From contig CM082594.2 in the NCBI GenBank assembly GCA_040954595.2, forward strand, positions 9,240,196-9,304,195: DNA of 64,000 nucleotides, read 5' to 3'. The position numbers and the translations under genes are program-made. How positions within the stretch are numbered: the stretch's first letter is position 1; each line of letters starts with the position of its first letter. The notes beneath the pieces are model-generated. The model did not search any database. It saw nothing but the letters and a program-made list of their open reading frames with translations, and had not been told where the DNA came from. Positions 1 through 10,896 of the stretch are shown piece after piece. Origin of the DNA: Balanoglossus misakiensis. Its lineage: Eukaryota > Animalia > Hemichordata.

Positions 1-15
1 TCTGACTTCTTAGTA

Positions 16-31
16 GCGCATGCGCGGAAAA
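16..31. promoter_or_regulatory. Perfect NRF1-type palindrome GCGCATGCGC followed by GGAAAA; probable promoter of a gene at or beyond the window edge
   Basis: gcgcatgcgc at 16-25 in a CpG-containing patch; a donor-like aa|gtaaga lies near 113. No associated CDS identified. Confidence 0.35.
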
Positions 32-3000
32 TTGCTGGTTGGAATCTGCCATTTACAACAATACATAATTTATGCGCATTTTTGGTGGTGATAATTGAAA
101 ACACATTGCTAAGTAAGACTGTTTAAACAAAATGTCACACGAACAAATTTAAACGTCAGCTGACACACAACCTGAGCATAAGTAAAATTTGCCTCTCGTG
201 AAAGAAATTCTCAGCTATGACTGAGGAATGACGTTAGGGTTTATTCTTCAAGCTTTGTCTTGTACTGTTGTGGCAAACAAGTTCCAACGTTGAAAATAAC
301 ATGTCAAATACTCTTTCAACAAGTTCCATATACAAAGCAGTAAATGTCAACTATTTTTGTTGCCACTTTCTATTAATATACACCATTTCGTCTTTAATAT
401 ATTTTGTCTGTGGCATGTTTGTGTATTTCCTCGATTCTTTGATTTTAGAGTTATAATTCGCGGAGACATGGACGCTCGGTTTGGCACAGAAAGTAACAGG
501 TCTGGCTTTGGTTTGACCGCCCCTTTTTCTGTCTGAACCGACTTCATATCGGTTTAAAGACTGTCATTCTGAATGTCTGGAGAGATATCGAGATCCAAGG
601 TGCAGCGGCTACCTGACACAGTATATACACAGGCTGACAAGAGAGTCTATAATCCGCATTGAGTTGTTACCAGTTTTTTGGCATTCTAATGACATGTGTG
701 TCAAGCGCTAGTTTGCAGTGTACACATCCCAGATAAAGGAACTGTACACAAAGCGTCCACGGCATCGCAAACTTGTAAGTTATTGCTTTTACCTTGCCAA
801 CGCATTTATCAAAGCAAACCAGAAGGCAAGGTGTCGTGTTACAGCTTGAGTGTTGTGTGCGTGGCCGAGTATTAAGGTGTGCGACCCCGGCCGTACCCGC
901 CCAGAATTGGTAGTGGACGCCTCAGTCACAGAAGGTATAAGATCTCGACCAGGTGGTGGACCCGATGAGTCATGCCAGATGTGAAGACGCCGGGTCTGCA
1001 TTCGGCTTCACCTGCAGGGACTGGAATGAAGATTTTGTGAACTCCAAAGAGACTGCTGTATGGTCGTAGATCTGTTTTCCTACGCAGTCGGTAAGCCAGT
1101 TATTTCCTTGCTCATTTGATGCTTATCTACAAGACGTAACTGCCGGTGGGTAAACTTCTTACAAAGCGGCCTGTCGACGATATTAAAGAGTAGTGACTAT
1201 TTTCTATGGAGGATATAGATACTAGTACTACACATTTATTTTACATAAATATTTTATTGTGGAAGGAATCGCATATAAATCACTTGTAAATGTTTTTAGG
1301 GTGAAATATTGCTTTTAATGGTGATAAATGTCGAATTCATTCGCAAAAGTTGAAAGAAGACATATTATAGTTCCATGCAAATGTTAGCAGCAGTATTATT
1401 AGCAGACGACAGTATGAAGATTTTCATCTATGGAGGTAAAAGGAGAACTAGCAAATTTTCTTGCGCCATTTTCCGCACTTTGAACCTCTGTATTCATGTG
1501 TCAATATTTGATGTCATATGCATTATGGCTGGCGAGAATTTGCGCTGTTAAAATCGTTGGCGTACTGAACTGCGCAGAAGAGACAACTGGATAATGTCAT
1601 CGGACGAGGATGGACGTGGCTCCCTCCCTCCTCCCGCACACACGGAAGTAGCACGCTCCCTATTGGTGAGGAGGGCATCACCATGCACGGTGAATGGCAA
1701 TCAGCGACTGTCATGGAGTTGCTCTCTTAATCGTAGGGTGCCTTGTCGTCGGAGGTTATTCAAATTCTGTCGCCTAACAGATCAGATGGAGAATGTATTG
1801 TGTTATTTATTGGCATAAATATTTGCATATTTCAGCAAACCCTTTTAAACAAGTACTCTACTATATATAAAAAATTAGAGACATCAAAAATAGATAATTC
1901 TGCCTGCGAAAGTTATTTTGTGAGCCTTTTGTGACTCAACTGTCGACCTTTCTTGTTTGTTGGGGCTCCATTGTTAGTATATCCAGTCCCAGTCCACAAA
2001 AACTCACGACCTAATACCCGCTGAATGCAACCGTTGGAGAGTAAACACGCGAAACCAAACGAAAGTTACCGCCAATGTTTGTTTTTCTCAACTTATCCCA
2101 TTTAGACGTTACACATCAACAATAAAGAACACAAAAAAGTTTGACTCTGGCGGCGATGGGGGACTACTGGTGTGTATTGTACATGTTGTATGTAGATGTA
2201 TGCGCATGTACATATCTGAGCGTCGTGACATCATCAGACTTACAAAACAAAATTTCGTCGTTGAAGAGATTAATGCAGTAAACTAGAGTTCTTGAAATGC
2301 CGTCACGAACTCTTTATAAAATCAGAATATTCCCAGCAGAGTCGCGGACGTCTTGAGACGCGATTCAACATGAGAGGAACTTAATTGCTATCACTGACCA
2401 GTCATTGAAACTGTTAAGTGCCTATTCTGAGCATTTATAGGGTTAATTCCTTCCCGACCCCTTCAAAGTTTTCCAAAGTGACCTCTTCAAATCAGATTAT
2501 TCAGACTGGCGTCACCCATTCGCCACAGAACGGGAAGACCACCTGAGCTCAAGTCTGCGGTCTTTTGTTGAAGTATTCTAGATCCAAGTTAATATGACTG
2601 CTCAGCCAATTCAAAATGCACATTTCTTCTTTAGCTCTGTCGCACTTTCTTGTAGCATAGAGAGTGTCTACGTCATCATGACGTCAATGTATCTTGTTTT
2701 TTTCATTATTGAGTGCCTCATTACTACTACCTACACTTGTATTACAATGTGGCTTCGTACAGTAGCTTGTCCGGATAATTTGTAAGATGTCATGGGCATT
2801 TTTTATAAGTTAATTTCCTGGTACAATCGGTGACAGTGAATAGGGGCGTTGCTGTACTTTGCACGACAGGTGGAACACTGAAGATAACTAGTACTCGATG
2901 TCTACTTAAATTTCTTTACACTTTTATTTTACAAACAATCGTTTTTAGTGAACATATGCCCACAGATATCTAGACATTCGGAGTAAATACGAAACTTTTC

Positions 3001-4324
3001 AAAACCAAATTATTACGCAAAGAAGACGGCGTGTTTGCTGTTTGTATCATGACAAAATTCGTCGAATTCTCGGTGTCCGAGTTGCACACACGAGGCCTGT
3101 CCGGACAAGTCTCGGCGGTTTGGGGGAGGTTGTTTACATATTTGTCTTGCGACAGTAGCACAAGTGAAATGTGACATGAACCAGGCGATATATCTTTTAG
3201 AGTAAGTAATTATTAAACCTTCCGATTCGTACCACGGACCATGCTATCTGGGGTCCTTCAACTTCTTCATGTTCCTTAACGTTCAGACGCCATTTGCCGC
3301 TTTCATTTTTTAAAGTGCCGCAGTTGTTTATTTGTGAGAACTGTTGCATTTCTAAGCTGCTTATCTGTAAGTCGGTGAGTTCCACAAAATGCCAAGAATG
3401 CCAGGAATGGTATCGGCATTTTCTTTGATTTGGATACGAGGACTTTTGACAGAGGAGCTGGTGATGAAAGACACACAAACGAACGTTCAAAGTTTACACA
3501 CCTATAGTTGCATCAAAATTCACTCGCAAACGTCAACGAAATAAAACGGAGACAAGATTACCCATTGTGGAGATCGCTTTCTGTATAATACTTTTCCGCA
3601 AAAATTTCCAAGATTTTTTAGAAGTACACAAATGATGATTGAAATATTACATGACATACGTTATAAATCTAGAATTATAATGAGCGGTGCGCATCAAAGA
3701 ACCTTTAATTTGAAAAATGCTCCTGATTGGTTGATTGAAAAGTGAACAGATGTTCGCAAATTTCCCTTCAGAGCATGCGTCTTTCATTTTATTCGAGAAC
3801 CTGAGGCACGGTACATGTACATCGTTGCGGCGGACTCGGAGTCGCTCTATGTGTTTCCATATGACCGACTGAGTGAGGAAGCTGGTCTCAGCTCATCTCA
3901 AGGAAGAATACCAGGGCACCAAGCTTGCAAGCCATGCACGGAAGGAGTTCCACTGTCTTTTCCTGTCGGTCATGAAACCGTTGAACGTACGTTACAACAT
4001 GGAGGTACAATGGTTACAAGAATTCAATCGCAAGTTTTGAAAGAACTGCAAAATTTATTCGTTGAGGGCGCCACTACGCCAGAGACTGGCCAGAACTGAT
4101 GCTTTCGCTGAAAATGACGTTGTCCACACAGGTGAGACCATTATGCCTTGCATTGCAACCTTTATTTTTAGTTTCATAAATTTTTAGCTTCATATCTACA
4201 AAATAGAATGGCACATAACATACCGATCAGGCTGGGCATTGGCGATAAGCAATCTGATCCCATTTCATATGTAGTGGTTGCAAACATACTGTCATATTTC
4301 TAATACATGTAGATCGTTTGTGAG

Positions 4325-5309
4325 TTACAATTTTGCCTCAAAAATTGTTTCATTAAAAGTAATCGTGCACTGCACAATTTCCTGGTCGCCTTTCTGGATT
4401 GAAAAGTGGATCTTGAATGGCCACGTCGTGTCTTCCCATGACGTCACTGTGAGTTCGTCATTGAGTACAGATTCGTTTATATACTGCATAGAAACGTCTC
4501 TGATTGGACAGTTCGACAGGTGTTTAGAGTATGCTTGCTCACGTGACCCGGCCATAGCGCAGTCAACACAATACATGACGTACACGCTATGTTCGGTATG
4601 TTCGTTCAGATCAATATCGAAAGGGCCAACAACAACTTTATATTCGTATAAACCCTTCGGTTTTGTTGACAACTCGGGAAGGCCACCGAAAATGGTGGGT
4701 CTTGGAGCTTTGGCCACGGCTTCATTTTCGTGAATGAGACTCTTTGGTAGGGGGTCCGGGCGTCGGGTGACCAGATTGATGCGCACGAACTGTGCGAGTA
4801 GCGTTGCAAGCAATTCACCAGTGCCTTCCAATCGAAGCTCATGTCGTATTACATATGATGTAGTGCCGACATGCACGAAGCAGAGGGTATCGACAGTCGG
4901 TTGCTGTAGAGTGGACAAGGTGTTGAGCGCTGGGTTAATTTGAACACGCTGCGATCGAACGAACACGGTATGGTGTCCCCCGGGGCCCTCGTGACCAGCT
5001 ATGTAAGGAGGTATTATGGACACCCTTGCTTCGAGGAAAGCCGCCAGTAATTCCTGTGGATTCAAAAACCCTGGAAACGCAAAAACAAACAGAACATCTT
5101 ATTAACAACAAACCAACCAGAAAAGTATAAAAATTAGACTAAGGAATTTAAATGATAGGTTTGCATTAAATTACATGCATATATATACATGTTACTACAT
5201 GCCTAGTATAACTAAAAAATCTCCCACCTTTTGTATCCAAGTCATAGTGCAAAAGGTTATCGAAGTTGTACCGGAATACTTTGCCCACTGAAGGTGATTT
5301 TGCCTCCAT
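4325..5309 (-). CDS. Double hot-dog-fold acyl-CoA/acyl-ACP thioesterase-like protein with C-terminal PTS1 (~275 aa)
   Basis: Exons 5228-5309 (MEAKSPSVGKVFRYNFDNLLHYDLDTKG) and 4325-5070 join in frame across a GT-AG intron. Motifs: YDLDTKGFLN, HVGTTSY, FVRINLVTRRPDPLP and DIDLNEHTEHSVY (cf. DxDxNxHVNNxxY of hot-dog thioesterases). Ends ...FEAKL-stop. Confidence 0.75.
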
Positions 5310-6330
5310 ATCTGTTAATTATACTGAAAGAGATAAGTCAAAGAAACTAATAATAATTTCCTTGTAGTTGTGCGCCACCACTGGCGGTTTGACTAGGCGA
5401 GGAGCAAAGTATCACTCGTCGGCCATGTCCTACCGCCTGAGGCGCACTTTTCAACGGCGAAGCGACGAGGTGTGGAATCAGGACAGGCGTATACCAGATA
5501 ATTATGGTAAAGCCTAAAGGTCGACTAATGCTCAAGAGATCCAACAAATTAGTCTGCTTACATACCACCACACAAAATACAAGTGACACACCACATACAC
5601 ACACACAAAGACATTACCGTATTCAGCAGACCCGATCCATAAACCAGGATACCTTTGTAGAATTACTTTCGTTTTCTTGTGACTGGCAGCAGTCCCTCTC
5701 GGCGAGCAAGATACAAACAATTCACTTCGTTTGTGCGGGCTGTGTACCCGAGATGACTAACCTTTATACTTTGCTCAAACTTTGACCGAACAAAGTTCAA
5801 ATCGTGATTTGCCCCATATCCACCGCTGGCTGCGCTGTGTTACAAGTACATCAAGGACATTCTCTTGGCACCTCCCATGGAATGACCGATTATTGAACGG
5901 GAAACACACATCCACCTCGACCAATATTTGTATAACTTTAAGTAGTCATTTATTTGTATATAAAAATGCAGTTACAGTGATGCTATGCATAGTTCATAAT
6001 ACAAGTAAATTGCAATAAAAACATGCCTTATTCTATTTCCACAGATAATCCAATAGACAAAACAAAGACAAATGTGTTTTAGAATTCAATTGAATTTATT
6101 TACATACTGTTACTCTTTAAAAATTACGCTCTCCATTCAGTTGCTAAAAATGTAATGCAAAAAAAACTACTTGAACAAGATCTCAATACTGATAAACTAG
6201 TCGGATACAAAGCATTTGAAAACCTCAGTCGTTATTTACACTAAACATATGGCGCAACCTTTGATCTTGCAGTTTGATGATTGACAGCATGGTGTAGCCA
6301 ATCAGAATCTCGAATGAGTGACCTTTGACC

Positions 6331-7365
6331 TTACACAGTCTTGTTGACGCTGACACCCAGAGTAATGATGAACGCAACGACCTGGCCGAAGTAAAAAACC
6401 ATATCCCACATCTTGGTTCCAACATTGATCTGTGAAAAAAACAAAGAAATCAACATGTCCTTATCTGTGACACAGCCCCTATTGTATCGACATATTCAGA
6501 AAACACTGAAGGAAGTCATGATGGAATGAAATCATTTTTTTAACCAAGGGAACTGGGGGTGGAAGGGTTAACTCTCATATCATCTTACTTCTTGTTGGAC
6601 TTGTCTGATTTGCTGTTGTTCTTCATGTGCACAGTCTAGATCGTTGTAGACCTCTTCTGCAGCTGCATTCAGTGACCTTTGACCTTCCACAACATTATTC
6701 AAACAGTTTAGTCTGTGCTCTGCGCCATCATAGTTGTTAGCACCAGCTATGTTCTGTTAAAAAGAGAAAAAAGAGACATTTAATTCATCTGATCTGCCAT
6801 AAAATTCTGTCATTTGAGTGTCGGTTTCATGGAATTTTGAACATATCTGATAGCTCAGTCAAAAAAGAAATTCAATTACCATGCCAATTTCTTCCATTAT
6901 TCTCTGTATTAGAGGAGAATCTCTCAGTTTTGGTGTGGTTTCTACTTTATACCTCAAAGCATCAAAGCTACCCTTGGCCTGGTCGAACCCAAGATTGAAT
7001 TGTTTCCGGACCCCATCCACCAGACTATCCATACATTCCTTGGTCTCTTTGCTGGGCTGTCTCAGCGTCCCAGCCAGGCGCACAATGTTACCCAGCTGAT
7101 CGAGGGACGCCCTAATGACGCTTGTGGCACTGGTGAAGTTCTGGTGATGTATCTGGAGGTGATCGTCTCCCCTGGCAACCTCCGCCACCATGATCTCATT
7201 CATCTCTGTTTCAACATGGTGGATGTCTTCATTCATCAAAGTTACTGTGTTCAACACTGCCTGTATTGACGCAGGGTTGTATATGTCCATGTTGTAGATG
7301 TTGACCATGGATCTGACACCTTTGGCCATGCTCCTCATGGCAATTCCTGCAGATCCCGTTGCCAT
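6331..7365 (-). CDS. Uncharacterised ~249-aa helical/coiled-coil protein with a single C-terminal hydrophobic segment (tail-anchored type)
   Basis: Exons 6880-7365 (ATG in accATGG context; donor ATG|gtaatt), 6589-6753 (165 nt, open, phase 0) and 6331-6429 (INVGTKMWDMVFYFGQVVAFIITLGVSVNKTV*), all with canonical GT-AG and polypyrimidine tracts. A likely 5' UTR exon has its donor near 7652. Confidence 0.75.
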
Positions 7366-8017
7366 GGTTGCTCAAATCTGTCAGGTATCTAGGTTGAAGA
7401 AACACACAAAACTTGCTTTACAGCTGTATGTCTTCTAATGGTGAATTTGATCTGGTGGAAGTACGAGAGAGAACATCCATACTACATGTACTAGACCCAC
7501 CCCTACAGTAATATACATGTACGCAGGGTTCCAGTCCTACAGTGAATTGTACATGTACATGTATCAGGGCTGAGGTACGCCAAATTTCCCCAAATTGCAA
7601 TAGATCATGATGCCAACAGGCGGCACTGCATGTTACCTTCTTAAAACCTTACCTTAGAGAAAGCAGTTTAGTCGCAAAGTTTCGGTATGGCACAATTTCA
7701 TCTGTTGCAATATTGACGACGAATGGCGCACGAAGTAAACATATGGTCATGTGACTGTACTGACCTCATTTGACCCGAGATTGACCCAGCCATGCGCCCT
7801 CAGTCGGTGGAAACTTCAAAACTACTACCAGTATTGTTTGCGTGGTTATTTGTGGCAGGAATACATAGAATTATGCTTTGAGAAAACACACGAAAGCACA
7901 AGGCAAATCTGTGGCGAAAACCGCTTTTATTGACTGATTTTTCAAATTTAATACATGTATAGTCACAAGTGATCAAGAATCGGTAATAAGTGGAACGTGG
8001 GTAAGCTTTATACGAAA

Positions 8018-10323
8018 CTAATTCAGAACCAGTTCGACAGGATAGTGGTCGCTGACGTCATAAGCCTAGAAAAGGAAGAAAGGGTTACTTCAGAGAGTTT
8101 TTAAAAAATCGATTTTCGGTAAAAGTGTAATTGTAAGTACCACTAAATGTAATGGAAATAAATGTAAATTATTTATCAATATCGCTTATTGTCAGAAAAG
8201 ATTTAATTCAAAATGAAATCATACCAGTTCGTAGCTGAGCCCGAAATACGTATCGAAGTAAAAGGCTTTGCTAGTTCTGTCTCTGACAGTTCCTGGTAAG
8301 TTGGGTCCAGCTACCACCAACCTATATTTAAAAACAATGGCGAAAGGTACGGTGTAAAATCAAGGGTCTCTACGACAACGAATAATCTGCCCAGAAAATG
8401 ACAACTCTTCACTTACCTGTCGTACGCACAATCGGTAGAGGACACAGTCGTATCAATGACATCGTCGATCAACCAGGTAAATCGAGACTGGGTTCTGAGT
8501 CTAATGTTTGGCCAATCACTGCTGCGAACATAGCTGCAGTCTGCGTTCAAGTCCCCGGCAATGAGAACATCCTGAAAATACATAGGTTCACCAATAAGCA
8601 AAAATTGTCACTTGGGTGAATTCGGTTTGGTTGGCCGGGGAGTTGCATTAAACGGTCCCACATAACAGTAATGAAATCTGACAATTCAAACGCTTAAATC
8701 TAGTTAGAGTTTTTTGGTTTCAAATTTTATTTTACTGGAAGCGAACATTGTTATCTTCACCTGTATATTCCACCTGCTGACGATGTCATCATACACGTCG
8801 GCGAGGGCGTCGTTCTCAGCGACTGCGTCATCAGGCTTTGCATGGATAGTGGCGATGACAAAGTCATTCACAACTAAAAGGGGAGGGGGGTCACGAGAAC
8901 ATAGTCAAAAAACATATCTTAAACTGTTCGTTGTTTTCACAGACCTGCGGAAAGTTGCGTCAATCACACCAATGCAACAACAAACAATAAGCTCCTCTCC
9001 ATATATCGTTTATTGAAGACTGCCACCACTGATATTTTCTTAAAAGCCATACCATTTACTTATTTCTTTTTTTACCTGTATAAGGGGAGGAAAAACGCAC
9101 CATAAATGGTTCGCGTTCGAATATGTCTGATACGCCGTCGTCTGGGTAACCGTCGTCATAGTGATAACTGTCAGTCACACTAACCTCCTTGTGACTAGGA
9201 ACAAAAAAAACCAAAAACTTGAGTCATGATGCTTCAATTCGTAGAGGCCCACGAGCTGCAAATTTGACATTATTTTCTCGATTTTACGATTAAAACTAAA
9301 ATTACATCTCTGTATATCAATCTATACTTATGGGTGAATATAAAAATAATAGACCCTTTTCCGAACTCTACGAGACCCTGCGAGATCTCCGCGAGATCTC
9401 CGCATCCTTACCGGTAGAAGAAAGCGTATTGTTCCTTGGAGCTTGTTCGTCCGGCTCTCTCACTTATAATCATGGAGTAAGCGTTGTTGGTGAGACTGGA
9501 ATTTGAAAAAAAAATGATAGTTCAATCAGAAAACAAATAAGACAAAAGAACTGTATGGAGTCGTCAAATACATTGTTATTGTCATGGTATTTTTTATTGG
9601 TAACATACGGACAAGAGGATGTGCTATGGGTTTCACGTTACAGCCTGTAACATATTCAAATACGTATACATGTACCCCATTTTCCTTTTAAAATGATTAT
9701 AAAGTTTACGCTGTATTCTCCTTTTTTCAGATGTTTGTGTTGTATGACTCAACTGGAATTAAATTTGTAATTCATTGGTCCGGATTTAGCTGAAAATGTT
9801 GTTGACGTCACCTGTTGACCTCATCAAAGAGTTGCACGATGGATTCCCCAGATTTATCACGGATTTCTTGAATGATGATGATGTCGTACAAAGCGCATAT
9901 CTGGGAGAAAAGGTAAGAATCTTCTATGAGCTTTTTTAGAAGAATCAATAGTATTTAAACAGTAGCAACCATGCAACCATTGCCAAAACACAGTCTGTGA
10001 AATGGCATGACGATATAGAACTGGGTACAGTTATTCTAACGTATGTCAACAGACATAAACACATTTGGAAAATTTCAGCCAGAATGTTGATTTTTTCCAT
10101 ATGCGCGCACATACCGACTGGCCATTTCCACGCATTAGCGATAGGTGCTAAGTATGAGATAATGTTGAATACTTACATCGGTGAGGACCTGTACAACATC
10201 TGGTTTTCCCATCTTGCTCACTCCGAACACTTTGACGTTGAACGCGCCTATTTTCAGTGCCCTAACATCGACCGTCAAGCAGACGATGCCAATGGCCATC
10301 AGAAAGAGAGTAAGTCGCGCCAT
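8018..10323 (-). CDS. DNASE1: Deoxyribonuclease I family protein, paralog A (secreted, 8 coding exons)
   Basis: Signal peptide, then LKIGAFNVKVFG, IQEIRD, GRTSSKEQYAFFY, FEREPF, TIHAKP, GDLNADCSYV, DTTVSSTDCAYDR, SDHYPVEL*. Approximate exons: 10177-10323, 9812-9900, 9412-9496, 9077-9194, 8761-8875, 8417-8571, 8225-8322, 8018-8066. Confidence 0.93.
9348..9403. repeat. Dispersed repeat fragment (probable end of a non-autonomous DNA transposon), copy 1
   Basis: aatagacccttttccgaac..cgagac.ctg.gagatctc is shared with 15164-15207, which lies in a non-homologous intron of another DNase paralog. Confidence 0.55.
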
Positions 10324-10896
10324 CTTCAAAGAAGTCACTTTGTTTACGCGCAAGTGTTTGCAAGAATTGACAAGAACCTTCAAAGATCAATAATATTTAC
10401 CCACTTCATAACTCATACTTATATATATGTTCCTTCCGGACTTAAGATAAAGAACTATAAGACCGGAATGAATATATGAAAGTTGCGTAACATTTTATGA
10501 TAACACCAGATACAGAAAATGATAGAAAGGGCAAGGTTGTCCACGTGATCTGAAGACAGTCATGTTATAGATCCACGTGACACCGACATCAGTACCATGC
10601 ATATGTGTATATTATGACGTAAAACATAGGTTTGCTAATCAAATGCGACGCAGTACGGTAAAGTGTTATACCACATTCCCTCTATTACAGTACATTAATA
10701 CCATATATAGGGCTACTGATAAGCGAAAGAAAATAAAACTGACACAAACCACTTAATTTTTTACAACATATTTTATTGGAACCCCTCAACTAGCAACGTA
10801 ATGTTTGGCTTTAAATTCTACAGCTTTATAGCGAGTTTTAAAAGCAATTCCGAGATTATCAATCAAATTGCTAACTATTGAGAAGGACTTGGTTGC

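Noticed and set aside
230-243. AACCCTAAC on the minus strand as a telomerase RNA template
   Set aside because: A 9-nt match can occur by chance; the flanks are AT-rich, with no pseudoknot or H/ACA structure that I can see.
1594-4099. Short ORFs at 1594-1818, 3197-3490 and 3815-4099 as genes
   Set aside because: No recognisable domains and no consistent exon chain; they may be decayed repeats or non-coding exons.
6859-6879. End of the 168-aa ORF (VIEFLF*) as the true C-terminus
   Set aside because: It is read-through into an intron; a good donor and two downstream in-frame exons exist.
7613-7626. CTCF-like motif CCAACAGGCGGCAC (weaker ones near 5371, 17773 and 32049) as insulators
   Set aside because: Only partial consensus matches; not distinguishable from chance without PWM scoring or ChIP.
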